Positions 12,874 to 25,094 of a stretch of DNA of 64,000 nucleotides are shown here, piece by piece. Location: contig NIVC01001673.1 of the NCBI GenBank assembly GCA_002269645.1, positions 186,001-250,000 on the forward strand, in the 5' to 3' direction. The DNA is from Macrostomum lignano (Eukaryota). A model generated the notes under the pieces. That model searched no databases. It was not told the DNA's origin and saw only the letters and a program-made list of their open reading frames with translations. Every line of letters begins with the position of its first letter. Position 1 is the stretch's first letter. A program made the translations under genes and the position numbers.

Positions 12874-13322
12874 AGTGAGGGGCTCAGCGCGGTAGTGAGG
12901 GGCTCAGCGCGGTAGTGAGGGCTCAGCGCGGTAGTGAGGACTCAGCGCGGTAGTGAGGGGCTCAGTGCGGTAGTGAGGGGCTCAGTGCGGTAGTGAGGGG
13001 CTCAGTGCGGTAGTGAGGGGCTCAGTGCGGTAGTGAGTCGCTCAGCGCGGTAGTGAGGGGCTCAGTGCGGTAGTGAGGGGCTCAGCGCGGTAGTGAGGGG
13101 CTCAGCGCGGTAGTGAGGGGCTCAGTGCGGTAGTGAGGGGCTCAGCGCGGTAGTGAGGGGCTCAGTGCGGTAGTGAGGGGCTCAGCGCGGTAGTGAGGGG
13201 CTCAGTGCGGTAGTGAGGGGCTCAGCGCGGTAGTGAGGGGCTCAGTGCGGTAGTGAGTCGCTCAGCGCGGTAGTGAAGGGCTCAGTGCGGTAGTGAGGAC
13301 TCAGCGCGGTAGTGAGGGCTCA
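12874..13322. repeat. 20-bp minisatellite (agtgaggggctcagcgcggt), about 22 units
   Basis: Seen directly; mirror at 33871-34320. Confidence 0.96.
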
Positions 13323-14394
13323 AATTTCATGGAACTCAGCTCGATAGTGTCAGTCGTGTCGTGAACAGAGATTTGGAGCTCATCAACAGTAGAACTATAC
13401 CAAGGGTGTCACCTGGCTAAGGTGCTTACGGCGTCGAGGTGGTGAACGCTTGAGAGATTAGCTGAGGATGTCCAGCAGTTGATGTTTGCTCACCGCCGAG
13501 GCTTGATCAGAAAAACTGGAGAAATTCGCAACAGGGTGTCCATAGCCACCTAGTGCCACTTTTGAATGTCCAAAAGCTCCGCGTGGGTGAAGGCCAGTGA
13601 CCAACAAAGCCAGATACTAGGAGAACGTGGTCGACGCGCTGATGAAAGTTGAAGGCTTGTTAAGGCCGCACTGAGACGCAGTGCTGATTGCCGCACAGGG
13701 GTGTACTAAATACACTAATCCGACCTCCTGGCAGAACTTTGGATTATCTCGATGGTCTGCATTCTTGTGTCAGAAGGTGTGCAACAAAATTCAGCCCATG
13801 TTCTTGAAGTTCATGTGCCTGCGTTGCTTTGTGTTGCTTATTTTACGCTGTCTTTATCCAAGGATAATAGAATTTTGCATCAAGTAGCAGCAACAATGTT
13901 TCAGATGTTCCTCAGGCGGTGTTCACGAGTATTATTATTTTAATTTCATTGTTAGCAACCGCATCAAGGTCTTGTACGGGCTGATAGCAAAATAATTGTA
14001 ACAGCTATTGCAACAGCTTCACGTGTGTCGATTTTCTGCCCAACACCAAGGACTACTCTAGTGGACTACATTAGTAGTCCTTGTCCAAAAGACGGCTACG
14101 AATCATTTAAAATTGATTGATATTTCTTTGTAGAAATTCAAAAAGCACTGCTAAAATCGTGCTGCGTACTTTCAGTGTATTCAGATATTGACCCGTTTTA
14201 TCAAACTGTTTCATTTTGTCCATTGTTAACAAGCGAAAACATCCTAAAAACATCTTATCGCATAAATATAACTAAAGTAGGAACAAACAGATCCGTACTA
14301 GAGGAATACAGAATGGTAACAATATGCTCTAGTACGTGTTAAACATCACAACAGGTCCTCGACATCAGCAAGCCACTAGCAGTTTATAGTTCAC

Positions 14395-15591
14395 TCAGTC
14401 TTTTATACTGCCAATTTGCCAAAGATACCAAACCCTGCACAGGCCGCAGATGCCTCTCAGCAGCAGGTGGTGAGCGTGCTGCAGGCGAGCCAGTCCGATG
14501 TACCGAGCCCTCAGAAACATGATACCGAAATTCCCCGACACGAATCGCAGGTTGTCGGCGCCCAGCCGATCTGCCCGCATGATGAAGAGGCGACGGTAGA
14601 AAACCTGCAGCGATTCCAGAGCCTGCACACTGGCCTCGCTGGCCATAATTGGAGCCTTCACGCTTAGAGCCGAATTCGTATCCCAAATCACGCACCGTCA
14701 GTTGGAATCTCATTTGGCGGGCTCTGGGGTAAGCAATACTGACCGTCCGAGCTGGTTAGCAAATTCTTGTCGCACTTTTTCACACAAATATGTTCCGTTT
14801 GCAGACGCCATCAAGCGCACGCCGCGGCAAGCGGAGCAAGCCTCGGGCCTGCCGGAGCAGCCGCCTACGCACTGGCTATCGCAGCACTCCTCCCTACCCG
14901 TGTCCGGATCGCGGTAGCAGCTGCTGCACTGGAACCGCTCAAGGCAGCCATGAAAGCTCTGGCAGCCATTGGGCCCGCCTAAACCAACACAGCTTCTTTT
15001 CCGAGGCCTGCGGGCTGCAGTTGGCATGTCAGCTGGCCACCGACGAGCAGGCGGTGTTGACCGCATCAAGGTGACCTGCCCGTCGCCGATGGTTAAAACG
15101 GAGGTCTGATCGATAAATTTATGCTTAAATTTGCCGCAACTCAGCAGCAAGTTGGCCCAGTCGATCGAGCGCCGACAGATAGCAGTACAGGCTGGCGCTC
15201 AGCTGAGCAGCTCCAGCCGAGTCGGATACATTGGCTGCATCACCTGTAGAACGTAGAACTAGCCTCTTGTCTCCAGGTTTTTGCCCTGAATGATGCGCAG
15301 ACTCCGCAGGCTGATGCGCTGCAAGTTGACCCGCCTGATCACCAGCTGGCCGCTGATCTCCTCGACAGAGTCCAGGAAGTCAGTGCGCAGCTTGATGATG
15401 ACGTTGACCAGCGGTGCTTCGGTAATCGGGTTGACGCCAAAGTTCTCGACAACGAGGTCGCCGAGCACGTACTGGCAGCCGGCTACGGTGCTTGACAACC
15501 GGGCGTGCAGGCTGCTGACATAGATGCTGTGAACCAGTGGGACAAAGTTGGAGGGTGTCTGAAGTACTGCGATGAGCGACCTCACCCTCAA
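14395..15591 (-). pseudogene. Mirror copy of the decayed receptor L-domain/furin-like gene
   Basis: Translations are identical to those at 31602-32798, including the stops. Confidence 0.75.
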
Positions 15592-16483
15592 AGCAGTGTA
15601 TATTTGGGTGCAGCTATGAAACTATGCGATCATTTCTATGGTAAAGCCTAGTTAGTGCGGCTTTATAAAAACTGCAGAATTCACTTGAAAGAAAATTTGT
15701 ACACTCGCACTGAAATCGAATATCTATGGCAGAGAATGGAAGGATTCTTGAACACTAACGAGTGCGAGACTTTGTCCATGGTAAAAATTCACTTAAGTAA
15801 CATTAGCTAATCTTAAAGGAACGAGTTTTTCATTCCTGCACGACCAGACAAATTTATTTTTAGACACAACATATTAACATGAAAGAAGATAAACATCAAA
15901 GCGACGAGACAAACGAAGAGCAAACAGTTAATGAGTCTACACTCAAATCATTCTCAAACTCCACTCGAAAATGAACTGCACAGCATTTGGTTTCGTCAAG
16001 CGTGCACATGGTTTCCGGATCCGAGCTGACAAGTTACTCTAATTCTTAGTCAAACATGAAATCCACAACCGATCCAGCCTTCATCGCTCGCCTTCTCAAA
16101 TTTGCTTTAAGCAGCTTCGATAAACAATTCTTCTTCACTAGATCCACACACTGTTGCGTTGCGCATATCAATTAGTGGAGGACTCTGAGACAAGTCGATT
16201 ACAGATGCGATCGTTGAAGCTAAGTTGAGCTTTATAACATTGCCTATAGACTGTCCGTGGTCAAAAGACAATGATCTTTGGCAAACCGTGCGTCTATGAC
16301 AAAATGCACTCGTTTTTCGTGCGCAGGATTGTGGGATTGCGCAACTGTCCATGGTTTAAAGAAATGAAAAGAGTACAGAGAAAACGTCAATGATGTCGAT
16401 GCACTGCCTTCAATTGCATTATATTTCAATTATTCGTATATAGCCATACCAGAACTTACATTGAAAACTAACAGAAACAACAT

Positions 16484-16556
16484 GGGGCCGTAGCCCAGTG
16501 GTCAAGTGTGGTGCTCTGATGTGCCAGCGGCCCAGGCTCGATTCCAAGTGCAGTCA
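16484..16556 (+). other. tRNA-like (SINE-head-like) degenerate sequence; mirror about 30637-30709
   Basis: GGGGCCGTAGCCCAGTGGTCAAG (A-box-like) and GGCTCGATTCC (B-box-like) at tRNA spacing, but the D and T stems pair poorly. Confidence 0.35.
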
Positions 16557-17661
16557 CATTAATTTGGGGCTAAATTGGAATCTCGGCTTGGGTCAGCTCA
16601 TGCAATTAACGCACGACGCCCCCAAGCTCCAAGGCACAGTGAATGAAGTGTACATTCCTAATGATAAAAAAGTTAGGGCCGCTGTACACTCCTATGTGAG
16701 TGTGTGCCTGTGCATATCCGCACGCTTGTGTGCCTGCTCAGGGGAGTCAGCGGAATGGGCAGCAATGCCGCTCGCCGGTTGGGTGACAATGTCGCTTAAA
16801 GTGCGCCAGGGTGCACACAGCCCCCAGCCTTTAACTAAAACAAAAACAACATAAAATTCGGCTCAGTAGTCGGTTCTCAAAATTAGAAAAATTAATTTGT
16901 TAAAAATGCTCTACCAACACAGCACAGCGGAACGCGGCGTTGCATATGATTAAAATACCTGATAGGAGCTCAGTAGTAGAAAAATGGTACGGTCTGCCGC
17001 ACGTCGCTGATTGGCTGGGGCAGGCCGCAGGTGGGGTGGGGTAGGCCAGAGGCGGGGTGCGGCAGGATAGAGGGGGTCGAGCAGGCTGGGGGTGAGGTGA
17101 GGTAGGATGGAAGAAGGATGGGGCAGCCCAGAGGTGGGGTTGGACAGGAGGGGTGGGGAAAGCCAGAGGAGGGGTCAGGCAGGTGAGTGTCTGGAAGTGG
17201 GTGAGTGTCCATGGGTTGAGTGTCATTCACCCGTGTGTGGTGAGGGGTTTCAATGTGGTTTCAATGTGATTGGTCGGAAAGGGGCATGTGGTTCGCAACT
17301 GCATAGAGGTGCCGATGACTTGGAATTTCCGAGTAGTGGAAGGGCCTACGGAAGGGTTCGATTTCTGAGTAGAGAGGGGTTTCTATTGGTTGGCAGGCTT
17401 TGGTATCAGGGGTTCGGAGTCGGACCCAACGCGGAAGGGCTCTATATAAACAAAGTACCCGAGGCTCCTTGTGTTCATACAATTTTTTTGATAAAATCAT
17501 GCGTTTAGCAAACAGTGGAATGTCTGTCTTGCAACGAAAGGATTGCCAACAGCAATCACTTTATGCTGACCGAACCCTCTCGTCCGACCTGGGGTTTACC
17601 GAAGTGAAGACAGTGCCACAGCGGTATGGCAACCAGTCAGCTAAATTATAATCAAGCGCAG

Positions 17662-19025
17662 GCCGCGGTTGCTGTTCCGCCCGAACTTCACCCAGTACTC
17701 GGGCTACCTGACCTCCAGCAGCGGCAGCGGCGGCAGCCGGCGCCTCTTCTACTGGCTGGTCGAGAGCTCCCACGTGGACGCCTCGACGGCTCCTCTCGTG
17801 CTGTGGATGAACGGCTCCTCGGTCGGCGGCCTGCTCATGACGAACGGGCCGTTCCTGGCGAACGACCGCGCCGAGCTGGAGCGCAACGACTTCGCGTGGA
17901 ACCGGCTGGCCAACGTGCTGTACATCGACTCGCCCAGCGGTGTCGGCCTGAGCGAGCCCGGACCCACCGACCCGACCGAGCTCAACGATAACGCGACCAC
18001 GCGGCTGAACCTGGGAGCGCTGCTCCACTTCTACAGCCTGTTCCCCGAGTACCGAGGCCGGGCCTTCTACATCGCGGAAGAGAGCTACGCGGGGATCTAC
18101 ATCCCGCTGCTGGCCAGCGCCATCATCGACGGCGGGCACCGTCCCGGCCTCATCAACCTGAAGGGCATCGCCGTGGGCAACGGCCTGCACATGCCGTACA
18201 ATGACTCGGTCTTTGAATCGCACCGCAGAGCCCTGACGGACGCAATGGGCATCAGCTACTCGTACAGAGGGTCCAGTGTCATGAAGACGGTATCAAAGTT
18301 TCTATCATCTGTTCAAATTTGTTTGCATGCTTCAGAACAAACAGCGCACCATGCCGCAATATACATGTATTCTCCTGAAGGACTCCCGCCGAGTGAACCC
18401 GTACAACATCGCCCAGCGGTGCTACAGCGACGGGCAGCTGGACAACTATCTCTACCTAAACTCCACGGGTCTCACGAGCTTCTTGAACGACGCTGACGCT
18501 CGAGTAGCTCTTGGCGTCAACGAAAATTTTGCTGTGAATTTTACCATCTGCAACGACACATTGTTTAGTGAGTATATCCAGTCTGTGCGAGACGTCCTGG
18601 GTGAGTTTCAGAGCCTAGCGAATCACAACGTGCCGGTGCTGTTGTACACCGGAGTCCTGGACTACATGCTGCCCGTGGGGTTGACGCTGCAGCTGCTGGA
18701 GCGGCTGCCCCCGGACCCAGTCAGCCGTCAGGACCCCTGGTTCTGGTGTCTGAGAAAGCCGGGCTACGGACTGCAGATCGGAGGCATCCAGAGGTCCTAC
18801 CTGGGTGGCCGAATCAGGTACCGGACGATGATTGGCACCGGACACTTCGTGGCGACGGACCGGCCGGAGATCGGGCTGCAGCTGGTGCAGGACCTGCTGA
18901 CTGCGGGACTTGGGCACTCGACAACTGAGAGCTGCATTGCCACCGCTGCTTCAGTTGACTGGGACTCAAATTTGGGTTGGCGATTTGCCGGGTTAAATTT
19001 TTACGATTGTTCTGCTGCCTGTTAG
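17662..19025 (+). CDS. Serine carboxypeptidase 2 (S10), left copy, 5'-incomplete and possibly non-functional; exons 17662-18289 and 18381-19025
   Basis: Starts at acceptor GCGCAG| with PRLLFRPNF and no signal peptide is visible. GPGC is deleted (WMNGSSVGG). AEESYAG, GVLD and GTGHFV are present. Phase-0 intron of 91 bp. Confidence 0.78.
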
Positions 19026-19621
19026 TTTTAAATTAGGGAGAGCCTTAAAATTACACGTACGAAAAAGTTGTTGTCAAGCCTCGTAAACCGCGTTTACTGC
19101 GCTCAATTCAGTCGAAACCAATACTTGATTCTGTCAGTAGCTTTTTTTGTAAGAAACGATTACTGTACTGTCATTTTGACCCACGGAAGTGGCGAAAAGT
19201 TTTGCTGCAAAAATGTGAAATTGCATCTGCGGCCATCACAGGTTTCTACGAATCCGAGGCTCATCAAACGCTTTGTAGCAGGATGCAACGGCAGATTGCG
19301 AGCTCATCGTGTGTTCAAAAGTATTTCAGCTGATGCGGAACCGTTCAATCCTGGACTTGGCTTTTGATTTCCAATTGGGATCTGGATGCTGAGTGATAAA
19401 AACACCAGGATGAATCTGGGGGCCAGAGGGATCGGGAGAAGTACCCAGCCAATCCCACGGGTGCCCTGGGGAGTTTTCGGATTCCCAGGCACATCTATGA
19501 ATATCTAAACAGAACACTTTTGCTGACAGCTCCTTGCCAAGCCAAACCGAGCTCTGTCCCGCTGGCTGCACTTCTTCAGGCAGAAACCGAATACACCAAG
19601 GGCTGAAGAGACGACTAGGAA

Positions 19622-22103
19622 ATGTCGGCCGGGAAGGCCATGGCGGCGGCCATCGCTGACAGCAGCGCGCACGGCATCAGCCGGGCTGTGGGCGCCCGCT
19701 CGACGACTTTGAAGGTGATGTGGACAGTCCTGTTCCTGCTGTTCCTCGCCCTGTGCTGCAAGAGCGCCTCCACGCTCATCAGCAGGCTCATCAACATCAC
19801 CGTGGTGCGGACTTACGAGTCTGACAAGGTGCCGTTCGAGTTTCCGGACATCTACTTCTGCCCGAGCCTCATCTACTCTGGCAGCATACCCTACACTCTC
19901 AAGGAGGCCGAGGCCAAGGTGGTTAATGATGAAGTTGAGAGGCTGAGCCGGCTATATGACAGGCTGTACTGCAGCAAGAGCGCGGAATTCTGCACCCACG
20001 GAGAGAAGGCCACATTTCGCCGGGTGTCCCGGATCCAGCTGTCCATGCCGGTGCACATCCTCAACCGCTACCTGCTGCAGCAGGAGAACCAGTCCTTCCT
20101 CACCTGGCCCTACGTTCGCTACCAGTCTTACAGCACCAGCAGCAGGTACGCCGCCAGGACTGTCTTCATCCACCCCGACAACCGGATCTGCTACAAGATC
20201 TCGGTGTCCGCGGAGAGCCTGGAGAGCCTCAGCTACAAGCGATCCGTCCTGCTCTCCTGGCTTCTTGTCGATCCGCACTATTCCGATTTCACCTTCACCG
20301 GAGTGGAGGTAAAGCCCATTGTGAACCGGTTCCTCAACAAGAGCGTCCCGTTCCAGAACTGGCAGTCCATAGACGGCTACCACAGCATCACCAGCCTGGG
20401 TTACACCCTGCAGGTGGTGCCAGAGGCACTTATCCATCTCTGATGCACGAAGCCAAGCTGGGCCTGGCCGCCGGCAGGTCCTACCACGTCTCCATCGACA
20501 TGGAGGAGACAGTCCACAGCCACGAGCTCAACGGCAAGTACTGCAACCCCAAGCAGGAAGTTGCTATCTTTCAGAACCAGCTAACCGGCGAAAGGCAGGA
20601 GTTCAAGAGCAGCCAGCGTCTTGCTTCTACACTCAGATGAACCTCCTGCTGCAGAAGGAGTTCCAATTTGTGTTCTCTCTGTACCGAAGCCGTGGAGCCA
20701 GAGAGACGTGCCCAGGTTTGAGAACATGACGGGAGATCGAGATGACGAAGGCCGCCATCGAGAATGTCTCCCTGTACGACGTGAGGAAGTTCATCGACAT
20801 CCACACTCAGCACATCACCGACTATTGCAAGAAGGAACAGCCGTGTGAGTTCACTGAGTACAGCGCGACCTCGACGTCTGTGAAGTGGCCACGGGCGAGC
20901 AGAGCTCTGGCCGACTTCCTTGTCAACGAATACCCCGACTGGTACACCGACATGGGCCGGCCCGCCACCCGCAGGCTGGTGGATCTGTCGAGGCAAATCC
21001 AGTCCGGTGAGTTGTGCTCATGCTCTAGACTGAGGCAAATCCAGTTCGGTGAGTTGTTCTCATGCTCTAGACTAAGGCAAATCCAGTCCGGTGAGTTGTT
21101 CTCATGCTCTAGACTGAGGCAAATCCAGTCTGGTGAGTTGTGCTCATGCTATAGATTGAGGCAAATCCAGTCCGGTGAGTTGTGCTCATGCTCTAGACTG
21201 AGGCAAATCCAGTCCGGTGAGTTGTTCTCATGCTCTAGACTGAGGCAAATCCAGTTCGGTAAGTTGTTCTCATGCTCTAGACTGAGGCAAATCCAGTTCG
21301 GTGAGTTGTTCTCATGCTCTAGACTGAGGCAAATCCAGTTCGGTGAGTTGTGCTCATGCTCTAGACTGAGGCAAATCCAGTTCGGTGAGTTGTTCTCATG
21401 CTCTAGACTGAGGCAAATCCAGTTCGGTGAGTTGTTCTCATGCTCTAGACTGAGGCAAATCCAGTTCGGTGAGTTGTGCTCATGCTCTAGACTGAGGCAA
21501 ATCCAGTTCGGTGAGTTGTTCTCATGCTCTAGACTGAGGCAAATCCAGTTCGGTGAGTTGTTCTCATGCTCTAGACTGAGGCAAATCCAGTTCGGTGAGT
21601 TGTTCTCATGCTCTAGACTGAGGCAAATCAAGACTACCATCAAGGCATCTCTAGGCTCCTGAATCTCTCAGATTGAGTCAGTTTCGTCAGCTTAAGAGCA
21701 CAACTCAGAGAGTAGGTTCACCCTGAGCAGCCGTTGCTTTGCTTTAACCGCAGATAATCACTCCAGCCACACCGAGTCAATGTTCCGGCACTACGTCACC
21801 GAGGCCATGATCGAGGTGTACATCTCCGTGAAGAGCCATCGGTCATCGAGGATTGTCATCGCCTACTCCTACTCGTGGGTGGCCTTCCTGGCTGACATCG
21901 GCGGCCTCCTTGGCCTGTACATCGGCTGCAGCCTGCTGACCCTGTGCGAGCTGCTGGAGCTGGCCTACCACCTGGTGAACGGCGCGGTGGCAGCGCGAAG
22001 GACCGCCAAAAGCCGGAGATGCAACTCTGTGGAGATCCCGGAGGGCCGGCAGCGGCAGGCGGAAAGCGCGGCCCCGGATGTGGGAGCGGCTGAACGCGTT
22101 TGA
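19622..22103 (+). CDS. DEG/ENaC (amiloride-sensitive sodium channel family) subunit, left copy; exons 19622-21006 and 21754-22103
   Basis: Pre-TM1 HG motif (SSAHGI), TM1, FPDIYFC, PCEFTEY..S..WP, TM2 FLADIGGLLGLYIGCS with GxS filter. Phase-1 intron. Several 1-nt indels (about 20420, 20615, 20685, 20733) are corrected by the mirror copy. Confidence 0.88.
20991..21630 (+). repeat. 42-bp tandem array spanning the DEG/ENaC exon-intron junction (15 donor copies); mirror about 25568-26207
   Basis: Unit aggcaaatccagt(c/t)(c/t)g|gtgagttgt(t/g)ctcatgctctagactg, with GT at 21007 + 42n up to 21595. Confidence 0.96.
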
Positions 22104-22549
22104 TGAGGCCGCATCGATTCAATGACAGCTTCTAATGAGTAAAACAGTTCTCATTTCATGCTGGAAAATTTTAGTTAATCAGTAGCAAACAGACTGCTTA
22201 GTGGTCCTTGACTGCATGGCATATCCGATCTCAGAGTATTACACAACCTACGTGATTCTCGCTTTTTAAATCAGCTCTCATGCTACGAGCAAGATTATCT
22301 CCCTAATCCTGAGCACGTGATCTCCGCTGCCGGAGACAGAGTGCTCGGAGTCTCCAAAAAATCGCTTTACTGAAACCTCAGCTCTCAGAGTTCCCGGAGG
22401 TATGCAGATTTAATCTCGCATAGGATTCCCTCATCTCGGTGTGCTGCTGCTTGCATTAATTAATAAAGACATTGTCAAGCATCGCACACTCGGCAGACTT
22501 CTCTTGGAGCTCTATTTTTCCTGCTCAAACACTGGCTGTTGCGACAGAG

Positions 22550-22677
22550 GGACAGGCAGACAGACAGACAGACAGGCAGACAGACAGACAGACAGACGAA
22601 CACCAAGACAGCCAGACAGACACTAAGACAGGCAGACAAACAGACAGACAAACACCAAGACAGCCAGACAGACACTA

Positions 22678-22712
<35 letters not shown>

Positions 22713-22765
22713 CACCAAGACAGGCAGACAGACATACAGACACTAAGACAGACAGACAGACACTA

Positions 22766-22831
<66 letters not shown>

Positions 22832-22833
22832 GC

Positions 22834-22891
<58 letters not shown>

Positions 22892-22960
22892 GCAGACAGA
22901 CAGACAGAAGACAGACAGACAGACAGACAGCCAGACAGACAGACAGACAGACAGACAGCC

Positions 22961-23011
<51 letters not shown>

Positions 23012-23012
23012 A
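22550..23012. repeat. Compound (GACA)n microsatellite; mirror 24168-24650
   Basis: Seen directly, with cacc/cactaa interruptions. Confidence 0.98.
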
Positions 23013-23375
23013 GACAAATTTGCCATACGCAAACTGAGTTATTAAAAGTACAAATTGTTCGATCTTGCGCGATTGCACTCCGGCACTCATCTGCAGACTA
23101 AATAAACAAGAAGGCCTTGCAACATCAACAGGTAGGCAACAGCAGCGAGGATCAGCAACTTTTCTGTGCTACAGAAAAAACAATTTTATACAGAGTTGAT
23201 GCAGCTTTCGGCTTTAATTATTAGAATTTATTCAACTCGCCAAGGACAGCTAAAGTACAACGCCACGCTGCGTTTCGCTGGAGGCCGGGTTTTGAATGCA
23301 AAATACATTAGCGAGATCGCACTAAATCCCTTTATACGAGTATCTACCTTTTGCATTTCAAAATCGCAAACGAGG

Positions 23376-23702
23376 NNNNNNNNNNNNNNNNNNNNNNNNN
23401 NNNNNNNNNNNNNNNNNNNNNNNNNNNNNNNNNNNNNNNNNNNNNNNNNNNNNNNNNNNNNNNNNNNNNNNNNNNNNNNNNNNNNNNNNNNNNNNNNNNN
23501 NNNNNNNNNNNNNNNNNNNNNNNNNNNNNNNNNNNNNNNNNNNNNNNNNNNNNNNNNNNNNNNNNNNNNNNNNNNNNNNNNNNNNNNNNNNNNNNNNNNN
23601 NNNNNNNNNNNNNNNNNNNNNNNNNNNNNNNNNNNNNNNNNNNNNNNNNNNNNNNNNNNNNNNNNNNNNNNNNNNNNNNNNNNNNNNNNNNNNNNNNNNN
23701 NN
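23376..23702. other. Assembly gap (327 N) at the symmetry centre
   Basis: Run of N. Bases 23703-23808 have no sequenced mirror partner. Confidence 1.
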
Positions 23703-24165
23703 GCAGAAAATTTCGCTGTGACTTTGCTTGCATGCCCGTGTCCAGTAGTATATAGCGTTTCAGGAAAAGAATGAATTGCGACTGCAGCTTAGACGGAACT
23801 CGCGCTTGCCTCGTTTGCGATTTTGAAATGCAAAAGGTAGATACTCGTATAAAGGGATTTAGTGCGATCTCGCTAATGTATTTTGCATTCAAAACCCGGC
23901 CTCCAGCGAAACGCAGCGTGGCGTTGTACTTTAGCTGTCCTTGGCGAGTTGAATAAATTCTAATAATTAAAGCCGAAAGCTGCATCAACTCTGTATAAAA
24001 TTGTTTTTTCTGTAGCACAGAAAAGTTGCTGATCCTCGCTGCTGTTGCCTACCTGTTGATGTTGCAAGGCCTTCTTGTTTATTTAGTCTGCAGATGAGTG
24101 CCGGAGTGCAATCGCGCAAGATCGAACAATTTGTACTTTTAATAACTCAGTTTGCGTATGGCAAA

Positions 24166-24224
<59 letters not shown>

Positions 24225-24255
24225 GGCTGTCTGTCTGTCTGTCTGTCTGTCTGGC

Positions 24256-24300
<45 letters not shown>

Positions 24301-24302
24301 GC

Positions 24303-24364
<62 letters not shown>

Positions 24365-24366
24365 GC

Positions 24367-24432
<66 letters not shown>

Positions 24433-24485
24433 TAGTGTCTGTCTGTCTGTCTTAGTGTCTGTATGTCTGTCTGCCTGTCTTGGTG

Positions 24486-24520
<35 letters not shown>

Positions 24521-25094
24521 TAGTGTCTGTCTGGCTGTCTTGGTGTTTGTCTGTCTGTTTGTCTGCCTGTCTTAGTGTCTGTCTGGCTGTCTTGGTGTTC
24601 GTCTGTCTGTCTGTCTGTCTGCCTGTCTGTCTGTCTGTCTGCCTGTCCCTCTGTCGCAACAGCCAGTGTTTGAGCAGGAAAAATAGAGCTCCAAGAGAAG
24701 TCTGCCGAGTGTGCGATGCTTGACAATGTCTTTATTAATTAATGCAAGCAGCAGCACACCGAGATGAGGGAATCCTATGCGAGATTAAATCTGCATACCT
24801 CCGGGAACTCTGAGAGCTGAGGTTTCAGTAAAGCGATTTTTTGGAGACTCCGAGCACTCTGTCTCCGGCAGCGGAGATCACGTGCTCAGGATTAGGGAGA
24901 TAATCTTGCTCGTAGCATGAGAGCTGATTTAAAAAGCGAGAATCACGTAGGTTGTGTAATACTCTGAGATCGGATATGCCATGCAGTCAAGGACCACTAA
25001 GCAGTCTGTTTGCTACTGATTAACTAAAATTTTCCAGCATGAAATGAGAACTGTTTTACTCATTAGAAGCTGTCATTGAATCGATGCGGCCTCA

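Larger units (their letters stand above)
1..23375. repeat. Left arm of large inverted duplication (may extend beyond the window start)
   Basis: ORFs mirror those at 23809-49575 on the opposite strand (543/49112, 3785/46026, 8949/38240, 17669/29524, 22103/25095). Base 23375 pairs with 23809. Confidence 0.97.

Noticed and set aside
16484-16556. Functional tRNA gene
   Set aside because: The D, T and acceptor stems do not pair properly. Kept only as tRNA-like.
20991-21630. Regular 42-, 32-, 30- and 28-bp arrays as CRISPR
   Set aside because: The units are contiguous with no unique spacers, there are no cas genes, and the context is eukaryotic.
22550-23030. (GACA)n blocks as parts of Helentron/DINE-like elements
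   Set aside because: Only a 5-bp hairpin (tttgc..gcaaa) follows the array, and the flanks of the 3035 and 22550 arrays do not align convincingly.
23166-24018. ORFs spanning the N gap
   Set aside because: They are open only because N codons are untranslated.
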